The translations under genes were made by a program, and so were the position numbers. Below, piece by piece: positions 16,965 to 27,747 of a stretch of 64,000 nucleotides of DNA. A model generated the notes under the pieces. It had not been told where the DNA came from. It did not search any database and worked only from the letters and a program-made list of their open reading frames with translations. The DNA is taken from NCBI GenBank assembly GCA_041390865.1, contig JAWKPC010000002.1:214022-278021 (forward strand), given 5' to 3'. This DNA is from Thermomicrobiales bacterium (GTDB lineage: Bacteria; Chloroflexota; Chloroflexia; Thermomicrobiales; CFX8). The first letter of the stretch is position 1; the number at the start of each line of letters is the position of its first letter.

Positions 16965-19900
16965 TCAGGATGGCAACGAAACATCTCCCGGCGAGATGAT
17001 GTCAATGCTGGCGCTGCCGGAATTCAGAATGTCCGCCGCGATGAAGTCTCGTAGACCTCCGTCGATGATCTTGTTGCCATTCTCATTGAATATGTTGGCG
17101 AGATCAGCCGTGCTCGAAGTCGCTGTACCGATGAGCGTTGAGCAGGGTGCGCCATTTCCTCCGTCGCCGTCATCACGGCAGGCTATTCTAATGCGCCCGT
17201 TCCCTTGTTCGCCGATATAGACCGATTCAAACTCCGTTCCCGACCAGGTGCTCCCTCGGCCGATCTCCGAATCGACAACCAGCACGTCCAGCGTGCCGAA
17301 TGCGTCGGGATGAACAATACGCAATGGCTCGACGATGAACGCCGTTGCTGTCGGCTTCTCGAGCCGCACGTTGCGCACCGTCACGTCGACCTCCCCTGCA
17401 TTGGACGCCATATCGCCGACGTTGATCGAGAGGCCGGAGGCGAAGATATTGCTCGTCTGGGTGTTCTCGATCAGGGCCCGACCAGTTGTGTCTCCGGTAC
17501 CGATGTCGCCGTCATAGAACAGGTCGATCGCATTCCCGATTGTCGAACCCTGGATCAGGTTATTGGCCATCTGGTCGGTCGTGATGGTGACATCCATATT
17601 CGAGCCACCGTCGGCCTTGAAAAACAGTACCGTCCCGCGAGTAGCGGTATCCGACGTGAAGTCGATAACCGTTGCCGTCATCGTGCCCCTGCCGGAGGCA
17701 ACGTCAACGATATTGTCGGCGTTGCTGTTGTTCGTCGCGTTAACACGCTGGACGACGAGGCTGGAGACATTGCTATCCTGATCATTGCCGAAGTCGATGC
17801 CATCGTTGGCGACGTTATTGAAGGTCGTGTCCTCGACAACCATGTCCATCTGGGCAGACCCGCCATCCGCGCGCAGGATGAATCCATCGCCCTCACAGGG
17901 ATTGCAGCCCGCGATCGAATGATGATTGTTGCCGATGAGCGCGTTCCTGACCGTGATATTCAAGGTTCCCGCGAAGTTCTCGACTTCGAGGCCTGAATCA
18001 GCCATCCCGGCAATGACGCTGTTGAGGATGTCGACCGTCCCGAGAAGACTATGCGGGCCGGCTGGCCCGCCGATGCCAGTCTTGTAGTCCATCGCATCGT
18101 CGCCATCCGTTGATCCAGCGCCATCGTCACCTGCATTGAGGATTTCGGTATGTTGCAGCGTCAGCCCGCTGTTCGTCCCGAACCCCTGGATGCCGTGATC
18201 CGCCGTCTGGGAGATGATGACATTGTCGAGGGTCAACCCGGTGACGTTGGTCGATTCGATCCCGTTATCCGAGATCACACTCGTACCGCTCACCGCATCA
18301 CCCGGCTGGACCGAGCCATTTCCGAGGACCATGTTTCTCAGGACGACGTTGGTCGCATTGGTCAACACGACGGCATCCGTTGCATTCGTGATTGTCCCGC
18401 CTGAACCGAGCGCTATCGGTCCGAGCTGGCCGACGGTTGTCCGGCCACGCGTCGTATTCGCAGGGTTGCTCGGTCCGTCTCCACGAACCTCGAACGGGCC
18501 AGTCGCGCCAGTGTTGTTGAGTACGATGCCGTTCGTTGCCCCATTGCTGCTGACGCTGGTGAACGTCACGCCCTGGCTGCCGATAGTTGTGCTCTGGATG
18601 TTGACCGCCGTACCGATCGTGCTATCGATATCGTTGATCACCCCACCATTGAGCACCTCAACCGTGCCGCCGCCGGTCGCATTGAAGCCGGTCCCGCTCG
18701 TCGTGTCGATATCCAGTCCACCACTGAATGTCAGGGTGTGCCCGCTGTTACCAGTCAAATTCACCGCCGTCACCGCGCCTGTGCTCGTCACGACACTTCC
18801 AGTAATGCTCGTCGCTCCACCGGAGTTGCTGGCGACGTTCAACCCGGTACAGCCACTCGTGCAACTAACGGCGCTCGAAACTGTCACCGTCCCGCCTGTC
18901 CGGTTCGTGACATCAAGCACCTCGCCGGCGGTCGTCTTGGTCACCGTCGCGGCGACGCTCACATTGGCGCTTCCGCCATCGATATCGACGGCGTTGCCAC
19001 CAGGGTCGTTCGTCTGGCCGATGGCGCCGCCACTGACCGTCACACTACTCGTATTGTTGACCACGCGGAGTCCCACACTGCCGATTGTGTCCAGGTCGAT
19101 GCTGCTGAAGGTCACCACTCCATTGCTGCCGGTGAGGTCAATCCCATTGATCCCGGAATTGTCGACACTTGTCGTGCCCTGGAAGTTGACCGTCGCCGGG
19201 CTGGCATTGATGGCCACACCATCGTTGGTCGGGTTGTCGATATCAGTGATACCCGTCACCGTGAAACTGCCGCTGACGGCATTGAGGTTGACACCCTGGC
19301 TGCTCGAACCCGTCGAGGCCAGGCTACCGAAGGTGGCCGCCGCCGTCCCGGTGTCGAGGTTGACGGCTCGTCCGGTCCCGCTGACCGCCACTTCACTGAG
19401 CGTCAATGTCCCGAAGCTCGTGCCGGTGATGCCGGTCCCTGTCCCGGTGTTGCCGACATTAAAGCCCCGCAAGGTGTTGCCGCTGCCCAGTGTCAGAGCG
19501 TCGGCATTCGAGGTCGAAATCACCGGGGCGGTCCCGCCAGTCGACGGCAGGTTCGGGCTGTCGGCCGGTGGCGTCAGTCCGGTGATGGCCGTCAGGGTAG
19601 CCGTTGCTCCTTCACCGACGAACCGCTGATTACTCAGCAGGGTCAGACCGCCGGTGTATGCGCCGCTGGCCAGGAAGATCCTGTCGCCAGTCTCATCGCT
19701 CGCTACCTGGTCGAAACAGCCTGCTCCCACCAGACAGTTGAAAGGATCACTCAAGCGGCCATCGCCACCCAGCATCGGGTCGTTGACGTCGATGAACCAG
19801 AGCATCCCCGTGACGGTGAGGCTGACCGTCCCCGGCTGTGGATCGTTGAAGCCGTTGTCGACGGTGTAGGTAAAGCTGTCCGCACCTTCATAGCCGGCCG

Positions 19901-21891
19901 GTGGGTCATACTCGAAGGTGCCGTCGGCATTGAGCGTCACATTGCCACCGGAGATGCTCGTCAGACTGGTCGAGGCGAAGGTCAGCGCATCGCCGGTGTC
20001 ATTCGTCAGGACACTGAAGTCCGTACTGGTGCTCGTGTCGATGAGGACATTGCCCAGTACCGTCGGGGTATAGCTGTCGTCGATGGCGCTGGGACGGACG
20101 CCTACGGCGATGGTGACGGCGGCATCGTCGCTGCCACTGTCATTGGTTAGCCGGTACTGGAACGTGAGCGTTCCGGTAAACCCGGCCGGCGGCACGAAGA
20201 CGAAGCTGCCATCGGCGTTGACCGTCACGCTGCCGCTCGTGTCGACGATCAGCGCAGTCTCGCCGGCACTGTTGCTCGTTACCGTCCCGCCGAGGTCTCC
20301 ACCACCGAAGCTGGTGATCTCTCCTTCCGGGAACCCCGGATCGTCGTTGGAGAGCAAATTGTCATCACCCGCGGTGACGGTCGAGTCGAGCGTCGTGTTG
20401 AGCACGGTGTGGAAGAGATCACCGGGACTGCTGTCACTGGCCGGTCCATCATCGACCGCAGCCGGTGGTCCCTGGATCTCAATCGTGACGGTAGCATCAT
20501 CGGTGCCGGCGGCATTGGTCAGGCGGTAGTTGAAGGTGAAGACACCGGTCTGGTCCGGGCCGAGCAGCGTGAAGGAGCCGTCGGCATTGACGGTGAGGGT
20601 ACCGCCAGCGAAGGCGACCGCATCGGTGGGACTACTATTCGTCACATCTCCCGGTGCATCGCCGCCGCCGAACGAGTCGATGTCGGTGGCAGGAAAGCCG
20701 GGGTCGTCGTTGTCGAGCAGATCGTCGAGATCGCTCGTTAGTACGGTCAGTGTCGTGCCGACGGGCATCGTGTAGCTGTCGTCCGAGGCATCGGGGAGCC
20801 GCTGGACCTGGATCGTGACGCTGGCGTCATCGCTACCGGCCGCATTCTCAAGGAGATAATCAAAGCTGTAGTCGCCGGCAACGGTCGGGTTGGCCAGGGT
20901 CAGGGAGCCATCGGCATTGACCGTGAGCGTGCCGCCAGCCAGGGCGACCCCGGTTCCGGCGCTGGTGGTCGTTGCGTCGCCAGCGAGCGAGCCACCACCG
21001 AAGCTGACAATCTCCCCGTCGGGGAAACCCAGCGTGTCATTGTCGAGCAGATCGTCTCCGCCGGTCTCCAGCACCGTCAGCGTCTGACCTTCCAGTGTCG
21101 TGTAAAGCCCGTCGTCGGTGGCCACAGGCGATTGCTGGACCACGATCGTGACGGTGGCGTCATCGAAGCCTGCACTGTTCTCGATACGGTACTGGAAGCT
21201 GTAGATGCCGAACGACGTCGGATTGGCAAGGCTGAAGGAGCCGTCGGCGTTGACCGTCAGATCACCGCCAGCCAGCCCGTCGACGAGCGTCGTTCCGGCG
21301 GCGGTGGCCGGTGGGCTACCGAATCCAAAGGACACGATGGTCGCCTCAGGGAAGCCCGAATCATCGTTGGCGAGTAGTCCCGGGGCCGGTTCGTTGAGCG
21401 TGACATTGACCAGCGTCGTGAAGAGCCCGTCGTCGACGGCGTCGGGAGCGATCTCGCCGACGATGAGGACGGAGCGCATGCCGCCGGGACAGCTGGCGGA
21501 CCAGGTATGGCGGAGCTGGCCGGTGTAGGGGTTGAAACAGAGCGGGACGATGCCGTCGTCGGGGAGCTGGATCGTGTAGGGACCGGGAGCGGCGTAGGGG
21601 TGTAGTGGATGGCGCCGGTCCAGGGGTTGATCGAGAGGGTGATCGGGAAGCTGTCGGGGATGAGAAGCGGGTACTGGTTGCCGGTGCAGGTGGTGCCGCC
21701 GTCGGGATTGAGCGGGGCCGAGACGACGCCGGTGTAGGGGTTGACGCACACGCCCCGAGTTCCGGCACGTATGGCTGGGCCGTCACTTCCTGAGAACTAC
21801 TACTGACCAGAATCAAACCGGATACGGCAAGCACGCCGACCAGCATCAGCCCAAGACGGTTGCGAAAGCCACGCATCTGCTGTCCCGTCAT
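16965..21891 (-). CDS. Giant secreted surface protein: signal peptide + Cys/NPYTG repeats + five ~95-aa Ig-like tandem repeats + ~900-aa beta-helix-like region; N-terminus is spread over three frames
   Basis: Signal peptide MRGFRNRLGLMLVGVLAVSGLILV in the frame starting at 21891. CVNPYTG...INPWTG follows in a second frame and LCFNPYTGQL plus the rest (1,594 aa) in a third. The repeats have the form DDG.YTT..G.TL.V....LL.NDD.GFP...I.SFGGG......LTVNADGSF.....G.Y.F.Y.......DDA.VTI. Confidence 0.75.
19812..21443 (-). repeat. Five tandem ~285-bp coding repeats (the ~95-aa Ig-like 'tandem-95' type modules) inside the giant exoprotein gene
   Basis: The periodicity is seen in translation across aa ~103-646 of the 16965-21749 ORF. 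Each unit carries LTVNADGS and DDA(T/S)VTI landmarks. Confidence 0.8.
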
Positions 21892-22011
21892 CTGTCACGC
21901 AATGATCTTCAAACACTTCGTGTCCAGGGGATTCTAACCGAAACGTCCCGGCACACAGGCGGTCATGGAACATTCTCTGGAGTCGAGGGGGGGGTGAGAT
22001 TGCCGTCCGGA

Positions 22012-23478
22012 CTACTCGCCGGCAGCGGTGATCCACTCGGTTGCAAGCTCGGCGGCAGTTTCTCTGTCGTCGGGATCGAGGTCGCCGTCGATGACCATCT
22101 CCCGGAGCCGGTCCTTGATGTCGCCGATCCATCGCCCTGGCGGGCGGTCGAACATCGCCATCAGATCATTGCCGTCGAGCGGGCTCTGGAGCTGCTCCAG
22201 CGTCCGCTGCGCTTCGAGCCGGGCGAAATGCTCGCGCAGCCCCTCGATGCGTCGCGCCGCTGCCTGTCTCCTGTGCTCCCGGGCGCTGGTCACATCAGCC
22301 GCGGCGAGGTCGACCAGGTCCTCGAAGGTGTTTCCGGCCTCAAGGGCCAGACGGCGCACCGCCGAGTCTGTCCAGTCGGGATCGTAGGAGGATGGACGGA
22401 GGTGCATCGCGACGATCTTTGCGACCCGCTCCTGGAGGTGATTCTCCTGCTTGAGCCGCTTCAATAGCTTGCGGGCAAGCGCTGCTCCGGCAAGCTCGTG
22501 GCCGAAGAAGTGAACCGTCCCGTTCTCGTCAACGCTGCGCGTCCAGGGCTTGGCGGCGTCGTGGAGCAGGGCCGCCCAACGCACGATCAGCCGCGAAGGC
22601 GACTGATCGACGACCTGGATCGTGTGATCCCAGATGTCCTTATGTCGCGCTACTCCGCCATCCCGATCATCCGTCACCATCGGCACGAGCTCGGGCAGGA
22701 TGTGAGGAAAGAGGTCGGCCGCGTCGAGCATTCGCAACCCCAGTTCGACCGATGGAGCGACAAGGAGCCGGTTGAGCTCGGCCGTTACCCGCTCGACGCT
22801 GATCCGCTCCAGTTCCGGGCCGGTCTGGCGCATCGCCTGGAGCGTCTCCGGATCGATCTCGAAACCGAGCTGCGCGGCGAAGCGTGCCGCCCGGAGAATT
22901 CTCAGGGGATCCTCGTCGAAGCGAGCAGCCGGATTGCCGACGGCGCGGATCCGTTCCTGATGAAGGTCGGCGATACCACCAAAAGGATCGATCAGCTCTC
23001 CGGTCAGCGCATCCAGCGCGATGGCATTGATCGTCAAATCCCGCCGCGACAGGTCCTCGTGCAGGCTGACGCCATGGCTGACCTCCGGCCTGCGGTCACG
23101 GGTCGGATAGATCTCGCTCCGATAGGTCGTGATCTCGATCGTGAGGTCTTCAGCCTGATCGTCGGATGACTGGTAGACGAGGCCGATCGTCCCGAACGCT
23201 GCGCCAACATCGAACATCCCGTCGGCGCCGGCCCTGCGGCCGATCTGCCGCGTCTGGTCCGGCGTCGCCGACGTCGCAAAATCGAGATCCGCCCGGCCAC
23301 GCTCGAGCAGCAGATCCCGGACGACACCGCCGACGAGATACAGTTCCTCGCCAGCCCGATGAAAATCACGGGTAAGCGTCACCGCGACATCCCGTTCGAA
23401 ACAGGGAAGCCGCTCGATGAGATCGGGCATCTTGACATGCTGCGTGCCGGCACGCTCCATCACATACCTCCGGAGCAA
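22012..23478 (-). CDS. cca: CCA-adding tRNA nucleotidyltransferase / poly(A) polymerase family protein with HD domain
   Basis: Motifs LYLVGGVVRDLLL..DLDFAT (nucleotidyltransferase head), RDLTINAIA, PLRILRAARFAAQLGF and an HD-type region HDAAKP...HELAGA. The exact start is uncertain (several Met codons lie between 23478 and 23430). Confidence 0.8.
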   Translation of the reverse strand: MLRRYVMERAGTQHVKMPDLIERLPCFERDVAVTLTRDFHRAGEELYLVGGVVRDLLLERGRADLDFATSATPDQTRQIGRRAGADGMFDVGAAFGTIGLVYQSSDDQAEDLTIEITTYRSEIYPTRDRRPEVSHGVSLHEDLSRRDLTINAIALDALTGELIDPFGGIADLHQERIRAVGNPAARFDEDPLRILRAARFAAQLGFEIDPETLQAMRQTGPELERISVERVTAELNRLLVAPSVELGLRMLDAADLFPHILPELVPMVTDDRDGGVARHKDIWDHTIQVVDQSPSRLIVRWAALLHDAAKPWTRSVDENGTVHFFGHELAGAALARKLLKRLKQENHLQERVAKIVAMHLRPSSYDPDWTDSAVRRLALEAGNTFEDLVDLAAADVTSAREHRRQAAARRIEGLREHFARLEAQRTLEQLQSPLDGNDLMAMFDRPPGRWIGDIKDRLREMVIDGDLDPDDRETAAELATEWITAAGE

Positions 23479-23867
23479 GTGTATAGAGGTATGCAGCCGA
23501 GGTCATCTTGAATGTCTGGAATCCGGAACCGCCGGTCCGGCCAATCCGGTCCCTCGCAAGAGAGCACTGCCGAAATCAACGCCCATATTGTCATTCCCGG
23601 ACGCCCCTGCTGCTCTGACGTGTGAAGACACTGCCGTCTACCGGGAACTCTCCCCGAGTACGATCGCGCTACCAGATCCTTCGTGCCCCGGATTGCCAAG
23701 GGGGAATTGTCGAGCTCCATGGAGGATACCGTGTTCCCGACCGCAAGTTTGCATGGCCTGGTTTGAGCCGGGGAGGACGTGCCGATTGCATCCTGTCTGT
23801 ATCCAGCTAATCAGTCGCCAGGAGCATTTGAGCTCTGGAGCGCAGATCATGCTCGGATGTCCGGCGG

Positions 23868-25600
23868 CTAGCCCGCCACCAGCGTCAGAATCAGGAAGGT
23901 TCCGACCGCGGTCCCGAACGCAACCGCCAGCAGCGCGGCGATGAGCATCGGGGAGATCGCGATGCCGTCCTGCCAGCGCGTGCTGGCAATATCGCCGGCC
24001 GATACCGCGACCGGTAGCTCTCCAGTATCGGTGTCACCAACACGCGCCGTCGAAGCGGGGGGGATAGCCCCAACCGTGTCGCTGGAATCAAGTGCTTTGA
24101 TCTCGGCCGTATCGGCAGTCGCGCTGGCCAGATCAGCGATGGGTTCGGGAAGCGGCTTGGTTGGTCCGGGATCTCGATCCGGGCCGTATCCGGCTCATCG
24201 AGAACGGGCGTCTCGTCCACGACCTGCTGCGCACCGGCAGATTTCAGGGCCCTATCCAGGGCAGACGGCGGCGCCGATTCCTCAGCCGGAGCGGGCGGAG
24301 CTGATTCGGGCATCGATTCAGGGTCAGTCTCTTCCACCGGCTCCGGGATGGGCTCTGGCTCGGGTTCCGGCTCCGGCTCAGCCGACAACGCGGCCGGCTC
24401 TTCCGGTTCAGCGATCGGGGGCGGTGCGGGAGGGGTAACAGGCGCCGCCGACATGCCCATCTGGGCCGCAATCGTCGTCCCCAGGTTGTGCTCCGCGGCA
24501 ATCGCGGCCCCGAGCGCGATCGCATATTTCGGATGAGCGTCGAGGAAGATCTCGCTATCGGTTTCATCCCGTACCTGCTGCCGTACCAGCGGAATCCGCG
24601 ACGAGCCGCCGACCAGCAAGATCCGGTCCACCTCGCTCAGCTCGATGCCCGCACTCCGGACCGCGCGCCGCAGCGCCGCGATCGTCGCGCCGATACGCGG
24701 GCCGACCATCTCCTCGAACTCGCTGCGGGTCAGCCGGACATCGGTCTGAACGTTGGGCAGCATGACCGGGATGGTGACGTCGGTGTCGACCGACAGCGCC
24801 TCTTTAGCCAACCGGCACTCGTCCCGAAGGCGGGCGACGGCGGCCATCGCGCTCGAATCGGACGGGTCGAGATCCTGGACGAGATCGGCGATCGATTGCA
24901 TGACATGGGCGAAGACGGCCTCGTCGAAGTCGATCCCGCCGAGCCGCTCGATCCCCTCCGGATCGCCGAGCGTCTCGAAGCTCGTCTCGGTCCTCCTGAG
25001 CAGCGCGGCGTCAAACGTGCCGCCGCCGAAGTCGTAGACGGCGACGATCTCGCCCGGCTCGATTCGTTCCCGGCCAGCGTAATGGAGCGCCGCCGCAACC
25101 GGCTCGGTAATATAGCGAGCATTGCCAACATCGGCCATCCGGACCGCCTGCTCGAGCAGATCCAGCTTGTAGAGGCCCCAGTTCGCCGGATGGCTGATCA
25201 CGAGCGACGACGGCGCCTCTCCTCGCTGCTCGACGACGAGATCGAAGATCCCTCGTAACAAATAGCTCATCAACGTCTCAGCCCCATAGGGCGCACTGCC
25301 GAGCAGAATCGGCGTCGGATCGCCAAGACGTCGCTTGAACTCGCGGGCCGTCCGGAGCGGTTCGATCAGCGACCGCCGTTCGGCCGCCTCGCCGATCAGA
25401 ATCTCGCCCGTCTCGCGCGCGACGATGACCGACGGCAACGTCGGAGAGCGATATCCGAGCGACAGGATCTCGGCCTGGCCGTTGCCGGCCACCGCCGCCG
25501 CGGAGAAGGTCGTCCCCAGATCGATTCCGAGTGCGTACGCCAAACCGTTATTCCCGCCGTCTATCCCGCATCTGCATCCGATTATCGCATGAGACGCCAT
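23868..25600 (-). CDS. Hsp70/DnaK-like ATPase with an acidic Pro/Glu-rich linker and a C-terminal TM anchor; frame break at ~24150-24175
   Basis: ATG 25600 follows AAGGAGGGG. The actin-like ATPase motifs GIDLGTTFS, VYDFGGGTFD and LVGGSSRIP are present. After the break a second frame reads PTKPLPEPIADLASATADTAEIKALDSS...WQDGIAISPMLIAALLAVAFGTAVGTFLILTLVAG, then a stop at 23868-23870. Confidence 0.7.
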
Positions 25601-25674
25601 CCGGATTTGCACCCCTCCTTGACAGGCACGCGAGTCCCGTCTGATAATCCCGACCTTGGCCCTAGGAATTAAGA

Positions 25675-26412
25675 ATGAGGGACGTATTGATGGCAGAAGC
25701 GACCGGCACACGGCTCGCAGGCGACCCGGCCGCCCACGCGCTGCTCCGGGAAGCGCACGACCGGGGCTACCGCTATCCAGAGGATTTCGGCGGCTTCGAG
25801 GCAGATCTGACCTTTGCTGGACCGTCCGAGCAAACGTCCGGTTCAGTCAGGATCTCGAGCGCCCGGTCGGTGGAGCTCACCATCGTCGCGTCGGATGCCG
25901 CCCGGAGCTGGTTGCGCCGGGAACTGGGTTCGATGATCGGCCATCGCTGGCATCTTCCATATGAGGAGGCCGATGGAGCGAACACGCTCGAGCTCGGGCC
26001 AGACGACGATGACGACCCGACTGGCGTCTTCATCGACGTCAAGCAGGACAAGTACGACTCGTCATACCGTGTACTCGACGGCGAGATCAGCCAGGTCAAC
26101 CGGGCGATGGGCAAGATCCGGTTCTCGATCCAGATCCAGGACCGCGCCGAAACGCCGGACGGCCATACCCTGCCGGCGCACTTCACCGTCTTCTACTGGG
26201 ACAACGAATCTGGACGGCTCAACCGGTCCGATGTCTATCGCGACGTCTATCAGATGGTCGACGGCGTGGCATTGCCGGTCAGCCGGCAGATCATCACGGC
26301 AGACGACGACGGCATCGCGACCCGGCGGATGGATCTGAGCAACCACAAACTACTGGAATCTTCGGAAAACACGGACCCGGCCGGCGGGCAGCTCGAGTAC
26401 CGGGCGCACTGA
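25675..26412 (+). CDS. Conserved hypothetical cytosolic protein
   Basis: 245-aa ORF with protein-like composition, divergent from the Hsp70-like gene. I recognise no catalytic motif. An alternative start lies at ATG 25690. Confidence 0.6.
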   Translation: MRDVLMAEATGTRLAGDPAAHALLREAHDRGYRYPEDFGGFEADLTFAGPSEQTSGSVRISSARSVELTIVASDAARSWLRRELGSMIGHRWHLPYEEADGANTLELGPDDDDDPTGVFIDVKQDKYDSSYRVLDGEISQVNRAMGKIRFSIQIQDRAETPDGHTLPAHFTVFYWDNESGRLNRSDVYRDVYQMVDGVALPVSRQIITADDDGIATRRMDLSNHKLLESSENTDPAGGQLEYRAH

Positions 26413-26581
26413 AACAGCAGGCTAGAACGGCATGGGGCCGCCGCCGATGACGAACGGCCCCCCGCAAGAGACAGAACACGCAGTACGGGCCAGTCGTTGC
26501 AGCGATTCGCCCGGCAAGTCTCCGGAGACCGGAGGCAGGTCGCTATTGCGTCCGGGCGCGAGTGTGGCAGCGTCAGTCTTC

Positions 26582-27010
26582 ATGGCGGACCTGGAAAAGG
26601 ATCCGAGCCGTGTTTCGACGATCGCAAGTCGACGGCTCGTGGTCTACGCATTCTCTCGCTGCTAGCCGTCCTGTTGCTGTTGATCGCCCGCGGCGGGGCC
26701 AGCCAAAATAATCCAACCGCGACGACCGGTGCAGATGCAGCCGGGGAATCGACGCCGACCGCAACCGCAACCACGGCCGGCGATGGCTGAACCCACGGAT
26801 GTCCCGACCGAGCAGGAGCCAACCCGGGAAGCCACCGGGGTAGCAACCGCGACATCGGCGGCGACTGAAGCGGCGCAGGAAGTCCCGGCCCCGGAGCCGC
26901 AGCTGCCGGCAACCGTGAACGACGTCAACGGCGAAGAGGTGACGGTAACAGACATCAGCAGGATCATCCCGCTGAATGGCGGCGAGCTGGTTAGGACGCT
27001 GGCAGAGGAG
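26582..27010 (+). pseudogene. Possible remnant of a lipoprotein / ABC substrate-binding protein N-terminus (frame-broken, truncated)
   Basis: MADLEKD..., then in another frame a signal-like LRILSLLAVLLLLIARGG (lipobox-like apart from R in place of C) and a PT-rich linker. A third frame gives LPATVNDVNGEEVTVTDISRIIPLNGGEL, which resembles the start of hemin/siderophore-binding proteins. No remainder of the domain is present. Confidence 0.3.
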
Positions 27011-27140
27011 ATCGCCCGGCTTCGCGCCAGCTCCGGGCCACTATCGTCGCTGAGGCCCCTCGCACGAGTAGCGCTCGGCTTGCGGTCCGGGGATACACTT
27101 GGCTTCGATTCGGAACCGGGTCTTGCGCAGTGGAGCGACA

Positions 27141-27698
27141 ATGTCAGCGATCACGTTTGCGGACAAGCCGACCCTCACCGGGGACCGGGTTATCCTCCGT
27201 CCGATGACGGTCAAGGACGCGGAGCCGTTCTTCGCGTCGCTCGGCGATGAGGAGAGCACCCGACTGACCGGCACCCACCAGACCTTCACCTTCGAGCAGA
27301 TCAAGAACTGGACCGCGTCGCGGAACGACGCCGACGACCGGCTGGACCTGTCGATCATCGACCGCAAAACGGGCGATTGGGTTGGCGAGCTGGCGATCAC
27401 CGACTGGGACGAGGACAACCACTCCTGCGGATTCCGGATCGCCATCGGCCCGAACGGCCGCAATCGAGGTCTCGGCAGCGAAGCCACCCGGATGATCGTC
27501 GACTACGTCTTCAAGCATCTCCCGATCAACCGCATCGGCCTGGAGGCGTATGCATTCAATCCCCGGGCGATTCACGTTTACGAGCGCTGCGGTTTCACCC
27601 GCGAGGGCGTCGCCCGCTCAGCCCTCTACTGGGACGGCGACTACCACGACGCGATCCTGATGAGCATCCTGCGCGACGAGTGGCTCGCCAAAGGCTAG
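27141..27698 (+). CDS. GNAT family N-acetyltransferase (RimJ/RimL-like)
   Basis: DRVILRPMTVKDAEPFF...FRIAIGPNGRNRGLGSEATRMIVDYVF...INRIGLEAYAFNPRAIHVYERCGFTREG. The start is set at MSAITFADKP. Confidence 0.85.
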   Translation: MSAITFADKPTLTGDRVILRPMTVKDAEPFFASLGDEESTRLTGTHQTFTFEQIKNWTASRNDADDRLDLSIIDRKTGDWVGELAITDWDEDNHSCGFRIAIGPNGRNRGLGSEATRMIVDYVFKHLPINRIGLEAYAFNPRAIHVYERCGFTREGVARSALYWDGDYHDAILMSILRDEWLAKG

Positions 27699-27747
27699 CT
27701 TCCCGCCGACGCTCCCATACGCTCACCTCGCCGCTCCACGCTGCCCA

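Noticed and set aside
18214-20150. Two ~470-aa plus-strand ORFs (18214-19629, 18738-20150)
   Set aside because: Both are antisense to the giant exoprotein. Their Pro/Val/Leu-rich and Arg-rich compositions come from reading Gly/Thr/Asn-rich repeats backwards.
21597-21757. Phase variation of the giant exoprotein through homopolymer slippage
   Set aside because: The runs at both shift sites are only 4 nt long (GGGG/CCCC). That is far shorter than known contingency tracts, and two independent shifts would be needed. Sequencing error or decay is more likely.
23479-23867. A possible ncRNA, or a third copy of the 47/55-kb repeat, in the 390-bp gap between cca and the Hsp70-like gene
   Set aside because: Only short word matches occur (GACGTGTG, CACTGCC, GGGAAC), and they are in permuted order. 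There is no collinear alignment and no match to RNase P, SRP, tmRNA or riboswitch cores that I could recognise.
24056-24062. The G7 homopolymer as the site of the Hsp70-like frame break
   Set aside because: Comparing the two frames shows the sense already switches about 100 nt upstream in gene orientation, near 24150-24175. The second frame reads sensibly straight through the G7 run (AIPPAST).
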